Assembly (NCBI GenBank): GCA_000091205.1
Contig: AP006495.2
Strand: one strand, 5' to 3'
Source: Cyanidioschyzon merolae
Lineage: Eukaryota
Length of the DNA stretch: 64,000 nt
Shown: piece by piece, positions 1 through 11,219 of the stretch
Numbering within the stretch: the stretch's first letter is position 1
How the letters are laid out: the number at the start of each line of letters is the position of its first letter
The notes under the pieces: generated by a model
The model's input: the letters and a program-made list of their open reading frames with translations, nothing else
Databases searched by the model: none
What the model was told of the DNA's origin: nothing
Position numbers and translations under genes: made by a program

Positions 1-1000
1 GAGTTGCCTGTAGGATAGATTCTTTACTGAAGTGTGCATCGAGGACTGCTTTCATTAATCAGGTCAGACATACCACAGTAATCAGACTTCTACCGAAATG
101 GCAACTCCGGAATTCCGCGAACGTCGCTATCCAGATAAAGCACATGAACGTCGGTTTGTTTTCCCAGTCGATGAGACTTGCTTCGGACGAAGCGCTCGGA
201 GCGTATATGGGTATGTCGGAAAGGATGCCCGTTGCACGTCCGAATGAACTCGAAGAGAACGATAGCATGATATATTCTGGGTGCAGGGGATTCATTTTGC
301 GGCCTCAGGTTCGCTGGTAGTGGAGGCCCATGCAACAGCACCAATCACTTTGTCAAATCATTGCAGACTGGTGCCTGACGTCTGGCGACGTCCCCCTATT
401 GGACGATGTGGTATTTGACAATTCCGTTTGCGTTCGAGCTTTTGTGAATTTTATAGATGTCGAGCTGCTTCTCATTCCACAGTAGGTTCCGTGGTTCATC
501 CCCATCGAAGGAGCGTTTCCTAATCGCCAAACGTAATGATCGCAAAACTGGGCGAATCGCTGAAGCGTCCCCCACACGTTTTTACTCCGAGGGCGCATTT
601 CGTGTTTCTTCCACAAGTCCTCCTCGCTCCGGGATGGTGTGTACCTAAGAGTAGCAAGAAACGTGTTCATTTTTGAAGAAATACAATACCGAAGGAATGA
701 TCTGGGCTGTCCACTGTAGAAGGTCGAGATGGACCGAGGGCAGCGCATGGCTTCGGCGACAGAAAAATACGGAGCGATGACAGAGCACAAACTGGCATCA
801 AGGTCTCGAGTTCGAGGACTCGTTGCATTGGTGAGTCCCACCAGACGCAATAAACGCATGAAATTCATGACCCAACGCTTCAACGCTGCCATCAATACGA
901 CGAGATGTGTGGTACCGAAAAAGAGACCCACGGAGCTGAGGTGATCCAACTGAGTGGGAGCAGCTCTTCACCGATAGAATCGGCGAAGAGCTTCAACGCA
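1..1000 (+). mobile_element. Fragment D: degenerate 3' portion of the TnpB/Fanzor-like element at the window edge
   Basis: RRFVFPVDETCFGRS (~nt 150-200) is cognate to RRFITIPVDEFRTSY. The ORF 729-944 ends ...GLVALVSPTRRNKRMKFMTQRFNAAINTTRCVVPKKRP, a RuvC-III motif that has lost its Asp. There are multiple frameshifts. Confidence 0.45.
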
Positions 1001-1712
1001 ACAGTAAGCGTAAATTACCATGCAATCCAATGGAAGGACGTTGCCAGAAGCCGGAAAAAGTCTTCGATCATTCGACGAAATAGATCCTGTTGTATGAGCC
1101 TTATCTACGGGCCAGTACTGAGGCCGCCAAATGAATCCACTGCAGCTAGATCAGAGGACGAAGAATACCTCGTTCCGATCGAGATCGATCGTCGATACAA
1201 CGGGCGCCCTGCTCCTCGAATACCCATCTACAGTCCAACTATTTCGTCCGAGGCAAGCCGCACCAACTGAAGAAGAAAACCAACGTCCCTACACTGTGCA
1301 CGGATCGCAACTTTCCAGTAAAGATGTCGTTGCTGTTTCGATGGAAATGGCCGTGATAGAACTAGAGTATTTTTCCGGACCGTATCCCAGTGTTCCCAGG
1401 ATCACACGAACAAGCAGTAGAGCAGCAGAGACGCCCCCAGCTGCTACCAGGATCGCTTCTGCTTTCCCGAAACTATTCAACCGTGAACTTTTCTACCATT
1501 GATTTGAACCACGCTCTGACAAAACCAGCTTTTGAAGCGGTAAGCATCCAGCTCCTTCTTTCAGTATTCCTCATCCATCTGAGTACTACGGTACACCTGA
1601 CGACCCCACGAAGGAATGCAGTCCTCCTGGCACGATTCCGGAGAGCATCCATCCTACCGGCGATTTGTCTATAATCCAGAATCCGCATGACATAAGTGAT
1701 GTCAATCGCCTG

Positions 1713-1714
<2 letters not shown>

Positions 1715-1744
<30 letters not shown>
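1715..1744. repeat. (GCT)n microsatellite, ~10 units
   Basis: gctgctgctg... is visible upstream of the synthase gene. Confidence 0.9.
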
Positions 1745-1745
<1 letters not shown>

Positions 1746-1832
1746 GGTGGAACGCAATTGACATGACAAGCGCCGACGCAGACGCGACGGACGGCAGAGA
1801 ACGTCTGATGCACCACTCGTTTCGGTGCCCCG

Positions 1833-4800
1833 GTGGACTGCTCATCGGTGCAACGCTCTTCAAGTTCGTGTTCGTGCGTATCACGAGCACTGGTACACAC
1901 TCGGGAGGACTGCGTTTTGTGGAGAGGGCTATCGAAGAGTGTGCGCTCTCGGACACGGGCAATAAGAGCGCTCGGTTGCTGTTCTTCTATTCTGTTGTTG
2001 TTGTTGTTGTTGCTATTGTTGTTGCACCTTGCTTCTGGTGACACACACCGAGTTTTCGCAAAAGGCAACGTAATGCCAGGCAGCACACAGCGTGGTGGTT
2101 GGCGGGAACAACGACCAGCGCTTTCTCGAGGTACGCCGGTGAACCAGCGACGCTGGTCAGCGTGGCTTCCGCGACTCTCCTCATTGGTCGATGAGCAGCC
2201 CGTCCAGGACGTGCTGGATGAGGTCCAGCAGCTGCTACTCGAACGCAGCACCTGGGTCACCTATGAGGACGGGGCGCGAGGCGGTGCATCCGGGCGCGGT
2301 GCAAACAAGCCGCCGGCGCCTTTTTCGTCTGCTGGCTGGGAACGGCTCCAGACACTCCTCGAAGTTGAAAAGGCCCTGGTTTCGGCACTGGGCCATCACT
2401 GCGAAGACGTGCGAGATCGCGCCGTCGTCTTGCTCAGTGTGCTGTACGATGGGCACCCGCTGCAACTCGCCGGTGATGCGCTTCCTGTAGCCGTGACTTG
2501 TGTCGGAGAACCGGTCACAGTTTGCATTCCATTTGCGAGCGAAGCAGATCGCGAGGCCTTCCAACCACAACGTGCCGTGTTGCGTCTGTTTCGGCCCTGG
2601 CCAAACAAAAACAAGAATGGATATACTCGTGAAGTGCTGAGCAAACAGGCAACGAATAGTCTGCAGCTCGGAGGTAGTCGACCTCCGCGTTCGCCCAGCT
2701 CAGATGGCCCGCAACAACGAAAACCGTCGTTGGCTACAGAGACAGGCCCGAATGCGACAAGCACGTCGCCTTCACGAGAGCAGACCGCTCAAGACTGGAC
2801 AAACGCGGAAGAGGAAGCGGAACAGGAGCTTCCCGTAGGCACACACGCACTCTGGGCCGCTTGTCATGGACACTGGCAAAGCTACCCCATCAGCGTGCAG
2901 GGCGAGAGCATCCTCGTTCATCTGGGCAGTTTCGAGCAGCCGGGCTTTTACGACTGGTACATCGCTCGAGCTTCGGATGGTGTCGCCTCTCCGCTGGTAA
3001 TCGCTCATCCGGTTGTCTATGCCGATGTACCGGGTATGGACTTTAGACGCCTGCGCGGCCGCTTCATCGTCCAGCCGAGGGGAGCGCGAGCCCATCGCCT
3101 CTATGAGATACCTGTTGACCAGGTTGGCGCTCGCTGGGATGCCACCACAGGGGCGCTACTCTCCAGGGGCTCCTTCGATGCGGTGCAGGAGCTTCTGCCC
3201 CGTCTGGCAGCGAGCGGTATCACCGGGATATACGTGAGCGGCTGCCTGGAACGTCGCCTCGATGAGCACGAGCCGACACCGCACACCGTTGTCGATCGAG
3301 CGATGCCTGCCACGATCCTCGGCGGGGTGCACAAGTTCCGTCGAATGTGTGCAGAGGCCCGTCGACATCAACTGGCAACCATCGTGGACTGCTTGGATCG
3401 AGTGTCGCTGGCTCGAGCACACCGCCGCTACCGACGCATCGGCTATGTGCGTATTGTGGATGCGAAACGTCAGGTGCCTGCACTACCTCATCCTGGAACA
3501 GACTGTCACGAGGTCCAATGGGAGGATACCGCTCTCCTGAACTACCGTCGCCTTGAGAGCTGGTATTCGCTCATTGAGGATATTTCGCAGATGGCGACTG
3601 AGCACGGTGCTGGCGGCGTTCGCCTCGACAATGCGCAGTGCGTTCCCTGTGTACTCGCTCCGGACGTTACCGAACTCGCACGTATCGACAACGACGGGAT
3701 TGCGCACTATGACGACGAAGAGAAGGCATTTGGCGACGTGGTGCTGGCGAACGTCGAGGGTGGCTACTGGCGCACAGACGCCGCCATCGACGGCTATCCG
3801 AATCCTCTGCTGCTGAAACTCACCCGCGAAATGTGGCACTGGAACCCCTCGTTCCTGGTTCTTGGTGAATCTCACTTTCATCGCGAGCGCAACCTCATTG
3901 TGAGCGGCCTGATTCCCCATACGCTGCGGGTGGCAACCATACTGGCCGGTATTTCGGGCAAGTCTCTCCGCCGCGATGGTTCCGTGCGCGCTCTCGGGGA
4001 GAACAAGCATCCCACTGTGGACTTTATCGCGCGTCTCTATCGCAATGATGCACATGCGATTCCCTCGGGGGCAATCATGGTCGGGGGCACCTGCTCCGAC
4101 ACCTCGCCCTACCCGAGTGTGCTCTATGGACGCCGAGCCTGGACCGCAGTCGATATGCTTTGTTTCCTGCCCGATATCCCGCTCTTACTTCTGGGCGAGG
4201 AGGATGGACGCGCCTACCGCATCAACATGGCATCCGTCTCCCGAGAAGTAGATCCCGACACCAATCTGGAGCTGGAGGTGCCCAAGTCTCCGCGCCTGGG
4301 AGGTCACGGCCTGCCGCGCGGCTCCAGCGTCGCCTCGGGCATGAGCATGCTGCACCTGCAACAAACCAGTATGGGTGACGTACGGCGCCTGAAGCGCTCC
4401 GGCTCCCGCGAGACCGGTCTAGCGCGTCTGTCGAGTACCAACCTGCTGGGACGCAACACAACGAACCGTCGCGCGGACTCGGGAAGCATGTCGGGTGCGG
4501 CTGCTGCCATGGTGCGTTCGCGCTCCACCGAGGATATGCTGAAACTTTCGATTCGCTCGGTGTCAGCGGAGGATATTCGCCAACTCGATCTGGCCGAAGA
4601 GGATATTCGACGCGAGATTGGTCCACAAGAGGGCTACGACATTCGCCAGATTCGCGGTCACTATGAGCATCGTCTACGTCTGCGGGCATCCTACGAGGCA
4701 CTTCGCGAAGGACACATGGTAGCACTCGTGGTGCGCGAGCAGGCCAAGTACCAGGTACTGGCCTTTGCTCGCTTCACGAGACAGCAAATCGTGCTACTCT

Positions 4801-7283
4801 TTATCAATGTTCGCGGTGGACACGACGGGGCACCGTTTGCCGTTCCCGTTGACACCATCGTAGATCTGCGACCGCTAGCAGAGGCACTTGTTGCGGCCGC
4901 TTTTCGAAATGGATGCACGTATTTCGGTCCTTGGGATCGCATCATTGAACTGCGGGATTGTTTCACGGGGGCTCGAGAGCCGTCACGCTATGCGTTCGAA
5001 GAGTTTCTCTTTCGCCGCTTGCAGATCACGTTGAAGCCGCTAGAAACGCGGATCCTGGAACTGTGTCCTAGCTCGGAAGCGGCCGAGTCCAGCACCGATC
5101 TGCATCAGCAAACCGTCCAGCGTCTCGACGAAGACGATGAAATGTTGTTGGACGCCCGTGCCAACTGGCTCGCTGGCTACCTCGCTCGACACTGTTACGA
5201 CTTGAAGGCTTTTGCCCGAGCGCTCGGCTTTCTCCAAGGCCTGCTTGCGCCCGGTAAGCAGCAACTGACCGAGGCTCGAGCTCGCCATCTGATGTGTGTC
5301 TGCCTGCAGCGAACAGCGCTGCTCGCCGGTGAGCAAGAGTATCCGCCACACGGTTTCCGTGCTGTCTCCGGCGAGCGTCTGCTTGCTTATCTTATGGTGC
5401 TGTCGAGTTGTGGAATTGATGCACTTCGCACCGTTGCACGACGCATCCTCTCCGGGAATCGAATGGGTCCGATCGTGCTCTTCAGTCCGGAGCTCGGTCG
5501 TTTCTCGAGCATCGGAGGTCTCGGTACCATGGTCGATGAACTCTCCAAAGGTCTCGCTGATCTCGGCCTCGACGTGTACGTCATCTCGCCAGCCTATACC
5601 TTCAATCGTCGTGGAGAGACGCGCTATCTCGAACGGGACGGTATTCGCTGGACCCGCAATATCGATGTGCGTATCGGGAACGTTGGTGTCGCCACGCTGG
5701 GCATCTTCGAAGGCATTGAAAACAGTGTTCGTCTGATTTTCTTTGAAAATCACTCGTACTTCCCGCGAGTCTACCAGGATCTGGGCTCTCAGGCGCGCAT
5801 GATGGAGATGCTGGTCCTTGCGAATCGGGGAGTGCTTGAAATATGCTGCCACAAGCAGTTGCGACCCAGCCTCTTGGTGACCAACGATTGGATGGGGGGT
5901 CTGGTTCCCGCCTACGGGCGACTGGGCTATTTTGGTGGCTATTTCGACGACACCTGTTTCTTCCATATTGTGCACAACCTTGGCGATGCAGCCTACGAGG
6001 GTCGTCTCTACCCGAGTCCAGCTGAGGCCGGATTCGAGGCCATTCATCAGCTACCTCGCGACATTGTCATTGATCCTACCTGGAATCGCGTCGTTGTGAA
6101 CCCCAGTCGTGCCGCCTTCAAGTGTGCGCACAGCTGGGGCACCGTCTCGCCGAGCTACCTGGAGGAGTTGCTCACGAATCACCCACTGCGTCCCGTGATG
6201 CGTCTCTGTCGAGCGCCATTCGGGACGTCCAACGGTATTCGTGTGCAGGATCGTTTGGCGTTACTGCGTCGGGTAGCGTCGAGCCACGAGGAGGCCAAGA
6301 GCGTTCTCCAGAGCAAATACTTTGGAGTGACGGATCCGGGGATTCCGGTGTTTGCATTTGTCGGGCGTCTGACGAGTCAGAAAGGGGTGCACCTGATTCT
6401 CTCGGCAACAGATGCACTGATGAATCTGGCTGGCCCCAGCAAGTGCCAGATCCTCATAGGCGGCATGGCGAACCGGGCGGATCCGTACGGTGCGGACTGT
6501 GCTCGACGCTGCAACGAGCTCAAGCAACGCTACCGGGGGTATTTTTCTGCTGACCCGGATAACTTTTTCCATGATGGACCGTTGGTCAACTTGGGCGCCG
6601 ACTTTTGCCTCATGCCCTCGTTGTTCGAGCCCGGCGGCATTGTACAGCAGGAGTTCTTCGTGGTAGGCACCCCGGTGATCGCGTACCGCACCGGTGGCCT
6701 GAAAGACACGGTGATCGAATGGGATCCGGTGGAGCTCACCGGATCCGGGTTCGTATTCCACGAGTATACGATGGATGATTTTCTGGCTGCTTGCAAACGA
6801 GCGCTCCGCGTCTACGCCAAGCCGGACGAGTACCAGCTTCTGCGGGAGTCGACCCGCGAGTTTGTCATTGATGTTGCCCAGGTTGCCGAGGCGTGGTCGC
6901 GGGAATTCCATCGGGTCAAGAACATCATCCCGTGTCGGGATGATGTGTTGGCTCTGGATCTGGAAGCGGTGGCGAGCGAGCTCTCCAGTGCCGTCAAGGA
7001 TGGTGTTTGTGTACCAGCGGTGCCCGTGGATATCGATTGGCCCGATGCATCCGCTTCCAGTGTCTCTGTGAAGGGTTCCTTTGATGGCTGGAGTCGTGAA
7101 TGGCCCCTGCGTCGTGACTCAGGCAAAGCAAACGCATGGGAGCGCACGTTCTGGCTACCACCGGGTACCTACGAGATCAAGTACCGCGTGGACGGCGAGT
7201 GGCTTGTTCACCCGCACAAACCAGTAACGAATACGAGCGGGCTCTTGAATAACCTGCTGGAGGTGCCTCGACAGACCCCATAA
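1833..7283 (+). CDS. Multidomain starch/glycogen synthase-like protein (N-terminal GH13 alpha-amylase-like domain, GT5 glycogen/starch synthase domain, C-terminal CBM48/AMPK-beta-like glucan-binding domain)
   Basis: Uninterrupted 1816-aa ORF. The GT5 N-terminal signature SIGGLGTMVDEL..ISPAY resembles the KTGGLGDV motif. The C-terminal GT-B motif FEPGGIVQQE...GTPVIAYRTGGLKDTV resembles GlgA FEPCGL...RTGGL.DTV. A GH13-like segment GSFDAVQELLPRLAASGITGIYVSG is present upstream. The C-terminal GSFDGWSREW...YEIKYRVDGEWLVHP matches a CBM48/AMPK-beta-type glucan-binding domain. The true start is probably an internal Met (e.g. MPGSTQ near 2074); the ORF 5' end runs through a (GTT)n poly-Leu tract. 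Confidence 0.72.
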   Translation: MDCSSVQRSSSSCSCVSRALVHTREDCVLWRGLSKSVRSRTRAIRALGCCSSILLLLLLLLLLLHLASGDTHRVFAKGNVMPGSTQRGGWREQRPALSRGTPVNQRRWSAWLPRLSSLVDEQPVQDVLDEVQQLLLERSTWVTYEDGARGGASGRGANKPPAPFSSAGWERLQTLLEVEKALVSALGHHCEDVRDRAVVLLSVLYDGHPLQLAGDALPVAVTCVGEPVTVCIPFASEADREAFQPQRAVLRLFRPWPNKNKNGYTREVLSKQATNSLQLGGSRPPRSPSSDGPQQRKPSLATETGPNATSTSPSREQTAQDWTNAEEEAEQELPVGTHALWAACHGHWQSYPISVQGESILVHLGSFEQPGFYDWYIARASDGVASPLVIAHPVVYADVPGMDFRRLRGRFIVQPRGARAHRLYEIPVDQVGARWDATTGALLSRGSFDAVQELLPRLAASGITGIYVSGCLERRLDEHEPTPHTVVDRAMPATILGGVHKFRRMCAEARRHQLATIVDCLDRVSLARAHRRYRRIGYVRIVDAKRQVPALPHPGTDCHEVQWEDTALLNYRRLESWYSLIEDISQMATEHGAGGVRLDNAQCVPCVLAPDVTELARIDNDGIAHYDDEEKAFGDVVLANVEGGYWRTDAAIDGYPNPLLLKLTREMWHWNPSFLVLGESHFHRERNLIVSGLIPHTLRVATILAGISGKSLRRDGSVRALGENKHPTVDFIARLYRNDAHAIPSGAIMVGGTCSDTSPYPSVLYGRRAWTAVDMLCFLPDIPLLLLGEEDGRAYRINMASVSREVDPDTNLELEVPKSPRLGGHGLPRGSSVASGMSMLHLQQTSMGDVRRLKRSGSRETGLARLSSTNLLGRNTTNRRADSGSMSGAAAAMVRSRSTEDMLKLSIRSVSAEDIRQLDLAEEDIRREIGPQEGYDIRQIRGHYEHRLRLRASYEALREGHMVALVVREQAKYQVLAFARFTRQQIVLLFINVRGGHDGAPFAVPVDTIVDLRPLAEALVAAAFRNGCTYFGPWDRIIELRDCFTGAREPSRYAFEEFLFRRLQITLKPLETRILELCPSSEAAESSTDLHQQTVQRLDEDDEMLLDARANWLAGYLARHCYDLKAFARALGFLQGLLAPGKQQLTEARARHLMCVCLQRTALLAGEQEYPPHGFRAVSGERLLAYLMVLSSCGIDALRTVARRILSGNRMGPIVLFSPELGRFSSIGGLGTMVDELSKGLADLGLDVYVISPAYTFNRRGETRYLERDGIRWTRNIDVRIGNVGVATLGIFEGIENSVRLIFFENHSYFPRVYQDLGSQARMMEMLVLANRGVLEICCHKQLRPSLLVTNDWMGGLVPAYGRLGYFGGYFDDTCFFHIVHNLGDAAYEGRLYPSPAEAGFEAIHQLPRDIVIDPTWNRVVVNPSRAAFKCAHSWGTVSPSYLEELLTNHPLRPVMRLCRAPFGTSNGIRVQDRLALLRRVASSHEEAKSVLQSKYFGVTDPGIPVFAFVGRLTSQKGVHLILSATDALMNLAGPSKCQILIGGMANRADPYGADCARRCNELKQRYRGYFSADPDNFFHDGPLVNLGADFCLMPSLFEPGGIVQQEFFVVGTPVIAYRTGGLKDTVIEWDPVELTGSGFVFHEYTMDDFLAACKRALRVYAKPDEYQLLRESTREFVIDVAQVAEAWSREFHRVKNIIPCRDDVLALDLEAVASELSSAVKDGVCVPAVPVDIDWPDASASSVSVKGSFDGWSREWPLRRDSGKANAWERTFWLPPGTYEIKYRVDGEWLVHPHKPVTNTSGLLNNLLEVPRQTP
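1994..2025. repeat. (GTT)n microsatellite encoding a poly-Leu run in the 5' part of the long ORF
   Basis: tgttgttgttgttgttgttgctattgttgttg translates to LLLLLLLLLLL in the ORF. Confidence 0.9.
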
Positions 7284-9260
7284 GGTGTCACGCTTAACGC
7301 TAGCGGAAACGCGGCAAGTTGGAGGTTTCGTTCGGGAGGCTTTTTGCCTGCGGGATACGTGCATTGCGCATGCTAGAAACAGGGTCTTGAGGGCGCGAGA
7401 GCGCGCTGCACTGTAGACGCGTTTGCGCTCCCAGGTCGTGGCTTCGAAGGCGTGCATGGCCCCCTGCGGGCGACTTTACGCATGGACCAGTGCTGGTGAC
7501 GGTGGTGATGGTTGCGTGCAGGCAGCCGCTCTGGAGAGTGTCCCCAATGCGTAGCTAGGGCAGCGGTTTTCGTCGATATCTTGAACTGCATCCCGCTGGT
7601 GTCGCTGCTGCTGGTAATGCGCTCGGGGACGACACGCGAGGTCATGTCGCGTGCCTCCTCGGCAGCGGTTGGTGCAGTCTCTACGCGCGCTGTTCCCGCT
7701 CCCGAATGACCTCGTCTAACGACAATGGCTCTGGTGCCTGAGCCCTGCCTCGACGCCGCAGCATCAATGACGCAACGCAGCGGGGCGTTGTTGGTATTGC
7801 GCTGCACGCGGTTGCAGCTTGACGGCAGCGATCGCTTTTCGACTCAGCGTATCATGTTGTAAACGCATGCAGGAGTGGAGGTAGAGCGCAAGCGACAAAC
7901 GCAGCGCATCGAGAGATGTATGGCATCGGTACTTGGCAGGTCGGGTACACCATAGAACGAGCAGCGTGGAACGGGGCTGTTGAACTCGGGCGTGTCCAGG
8001 AAATTTTGGATGTCTTTTACACTGTCGTGAACAGCATCCGAGGTGTGCTGGTGCTCTCCGACTGCTTCGTTTTCCTTTTTGTTACGAACGGCTTCGTATT
8101 CGCCCATCTGTTCATTCCCCTGCGAACTCCGTTACCAAAAGTCGAAGGGTAATGATGGACGCGCAAGTGCCGAAGTCGCTGCTTCCGCGTCATGTTCATG
8201 ATGATGCATTTTAGGCATAGGCGGTCGTTGCGATGGACAACGTTGTTTGTGTACAGCCTGGGTTCGCGGTTCAAAGCGTTGATCCTTGGCTTGCGTCACA
8301 TGTGCCGATAAGTGCTCATCGAATCTCATTCGTACGCTGTCAAGTGACCTACGAACGCCTGGTTCATCGCTCAGTACGTCCTGTTGACGCATCCAGAAGG
8401 CTGCCGTCGATGCACGTCTCCGATTCCGCGTCTAGTGCGGCATCCCAGGATCACAGGCCTGCTCTAGGAGATGCTGTCTGCTGTACGCGCAAGTATACGC
8501 TTCCCATTCGATAGAGGATTTGTGGAATGCGAACTTGTCCACCACCGCGAAACATGTACTGGGAGTAGAATCCAGTCTGCAGATCAGGTCGTGAAATATC
8601 GGTCGTTTTCCGCTCCCTCGTTACCAAACGTAGATGCACGCGCAGCGGGCATTCACGACTTTGATGACTCAAGTCCGATTCCAGGACTTTTTTTGCTTGC
8701 AAACGGAAGAGAAGGGACCCTCTGGGCTCGTATCCCATGAGACGGTTCTTGCTTCCGTGGAATGCCGTTTTGTCAATGTCAACAAAGAGGGGCGATTCCG
8801 TCTTTCGTACGCAATCGATGATTCACCATGACATGTCCGGGAAACGCTTGCGATGGACCTGTGCAATAGGCGACAAGTGATGATGTCGATTATTTTTTCG
8901 CGTCTGTCCTTGAAGCTACGTACCCATCCGTCAGCGCTTATTACTCCGCTTCGATCCTTGATACAGAAACTCGATGAAAAAAATCGATACGCAAAGAAAA
9001 ACAGTGATCCATTCAGTGTCCCATATTTTATTCGACCGCACCTGAACGTACCGATTCACATCGATGAAGACGCTAGTACTAGCTGCCGTAGCAGCCTCCC
9101 ATCGCTCGAAGAGCACCGACGCTGCGCAACTGGAACTCGACCCAGCGACCTGTTGCGTTCGGTACACGAGTTCGACGCGCCACCAGACACGGCAAGCGTC
9201 ATCTATCACAGGACGGCGTTCGCACGTTGTCGCATATGCAACGCTGCCCCGATAACCGTC

Positions 9261-11219
9261 TCAGGTGGCGTTTGCGAGACTTGCCGCTCCCGCGACCCGT
9301 TCGTAGAGCCGTCCGAGACGCAGAACACCGACGTCATCACCGAAACGGCCAATGAGCTGCATGCCGGTTGGCAGACGAGCGCTGGGATTCGCTGGTAGCG
9401 TCAACGCTGGCAGACCAGCGAGGCTGGCGGGTACCGTCAGGACGTCTTCAGCGTAGAGGTCGATGCCGGCTTTCGCGCCCAGCGCAAACGCCCCGGTAGG
9501 CGATACCGGGCTCAGCAAAAAGTCGCAGTGCTGAAAAGCGCGCCAAAAGTCATCGGTAACAAGCCGTCGAACCTGCATGGCTCGTCGATAATAGGCATCC
9601 ACATAGCCGGCGGAGAGCGCAAAGGTGCCCAGCATGATGCGTCGCTTCACTTCGGGGCCAAAGCCCCGAGTCCGTACACGACGTGTCATCTCTGCCGCTG
9701 TACGAGCGCCATCTTGCCGGACGCCGTATCGAACACCATCGTAGCGAGCGAGGTTTGCACTGGCCTCGCTTGAAGCCAGGATGTAGTATGCCGCACATGC
9801 TGCCTGGAAGCTGGGCATCGACACCGGCACCACGGAAGCACCAAGCGACGAAAATGTTGCGATGGCCTCCTGGAGAGCCAGGCGCGCCTCCGATGCTAGT
9901 TGCGGCATCTCGAGCGCTTCCGTCCAGACGCCAAGGCGAATGTTTGCAAGCGGCTTGCGCTCTTCGACGAGTGCCTCTTCGATATCCGGGAGCGCGTCCA
10001 GGGATATTCCGGTATCCGCGAGTGTAGTGAGGTCATGCGGATCGGGGCCAGCGATCACCGCCAGGCAGCGCGTGATGTCCTCCACCGAGCGTCCTATAGG
10101 TCCCACCGTGTCCAGCGACGACGCGTAGGCAATGAGTCCATAGCGGGAGACCCGGCCGTAGCTCGGCTTAAGGCCGACCACACCGCAGAATGCTGCTGGC
10201 TGGCGAATAGAGCCGCCAGTATCCGAACCGAGTGACAGCAGCGCCGAGCTCGCTGCCACAGAAGCTGCACTGCCACCAGACGAGCCACCTGGGACCCGGG
10301 TGAGGTCTCGAGGATTGCGCACCACCCCAAACGCACAGTTTTCCGAGCTACTCCCCATGCCGAACTCGTCTAATGCCGTCTTCCCAAGAATAATCGCACC
10401 TTGTTCTCGTAAGCGTCGGACGCACGTCGCGTCTTCCGCAGGTTGGTAGTTCTCCAGCAGAAGCGATCCAGCGGTCGTCGGTAGCGCCCTGGTCAACAGG
10501 TTATCCTTGATGGAGATAGGAACACCAGCGACGAGTCCGAGTGCTTCGCCGCGTTCACGCTTTTGATCAATCAGGGCAGCCTGCTCTCGTGCGAACTGTT
10601 CATCTACATTGATGTAAGCGTGGATATGAGGTTCGGTCTCTTGCAGTCGTTGGAGATAGCGCTCGACTACTTGCATTGCCGTCCAGGTGCCGGTCTGGAC
10701 CTTTTCAACGATCTCGCTGGCGCTCGCCTGCAGGATAGGATCCGGGCCCAGTGCCGGTACACTTGCTGCTCGCGTCGCCCGCAACTTTGAGGACGAAGAC
10801 TCACCAAGGCAGACGATCCTTGATGCAAAGTGGGCCGCTGCAGGTTTCGGACCTATCCACCACCGGTTTCGACTCACGGGTAGCTGCCGCGTCCTCGTAC
10901 GCTGACGATACTGCGCAGTACCGCAAGAATCAGTCCAGCTTGAAAACTTCGGAGCGAAATCGCTTGGTGCAAGTTGCTTCTCGACTCGATGCACCCGCCG
11001 CCGCTGCCACTGCCTCACACCGATGCAGAGAGCGGAAACTTTTCGCATCCCCGTGAGTGCCTCGGTCACTCGTGGGTAGCGGCAGCTCCAGCACTGTGCT
11101 TGCGGTCGCTGCAACAGAACTGAGTGCACCTCCGAGGCGACATAGCCCTGGACTGGACTAGTCCTGCTGAAGAAAAGTCGACTGTTGACAGTCGTTGGCC
11201 GTGAAGTGAGACACGACAT
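9261..11219 (-). CDS. gatA: Glutamyl-tRNA(Gln) amidotransferase subunit A (amidase signature family), probably organelle-targeted
   Basis: The amidase signature GGSSGGSAASVAA is present. GatA-like blocks include GVPISIKDN, GKTALDEFGMGSS.EN and NPRDLTRVPGGSSGG. The ~160-aa basic/Ser-rich N-terminal extension is consistent with a transit peptide or an over-extended ORF; the true start is uncertain. Confidence 0.78.
   Translation of the reverse strand: MSCLTSRPTTVNSRLFFSRTSPVQGYVASEVHSVLLQRPQAQCWSCRYPRVTEALTGMRKVSALCIGVRQWQRRRVHRVEKQLAPSDFAPKFSSWTDSCGTAQYRQRTRTRQLPVSRNRWWIGPKPAAAHFASRIVCLGESSSSKLRATRAASVPALGPDPILQASASEIVEKVQTGTWTAMQVVERYLQRLQETEPHIHAYINVDEQFAREQAALIDQKRERGEALGLVAGVPISIKDNLLTRALPTTAGSLLLENYQPAEDATCVRRLREQGAIILGKTALDEFGMGSSSENCAFGVVRNPRDLTRVPGGSSGGSAASVAASSALLSLGSDTGGSIRQPAAFCGVVGLKPSYGRVSRYGLIAYASSLDTVGPIGRSVEDITRCLAVIAGPDPHDLTTLADTGISLDALPDIEEALVEERKPLANIRLGVWTEALEMPQLASEARLALQEAIATFSSLGASVVPVSMPSFQAACAAYYILASSEASANLARYDGVRYGVRQDGARTAAEMTRRVRTRGFGPEVKRRIMLGTFALSAGYVDAYYRRAMQVRRLVTDDFWRAFQHCDFLLSPVSPTGAFALGAKAGIDLYAEDVLTVPASLAGLPALTLPANPSARLPTGMQLIGRFGDDVGVLRLGRLYERVAGAASLANAT

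Noticed and set aside
353-949. 198-aa minus-strand ORF at the window start
   Set aside because: It is the antisense frame of element fragment D. The same antisense peptide pattern (..ALK...NA(S/T)SPRT..) recurs antisense to copy C at 60813-61046, so it is a by-product of the repeat.
5040-6047. 335-aa ORF on the minus strand inside the synthase gene. Similar antisense ORFs occur at 4222-4725, 6261-6911, 23532-23927 and 49557-50225.
   Set aside because: They are fully antisense to well-supported conserved genes. High GC content generates long spurious antisense ORFs, and no motifs are present.
8853-9398. 181-aa plus-strand ORF overlapping the 3' end of gatA
   Set aside because: It has no motifs, overlaps a confident gene end, and has composition typical of a spurious GC-rich ORF.
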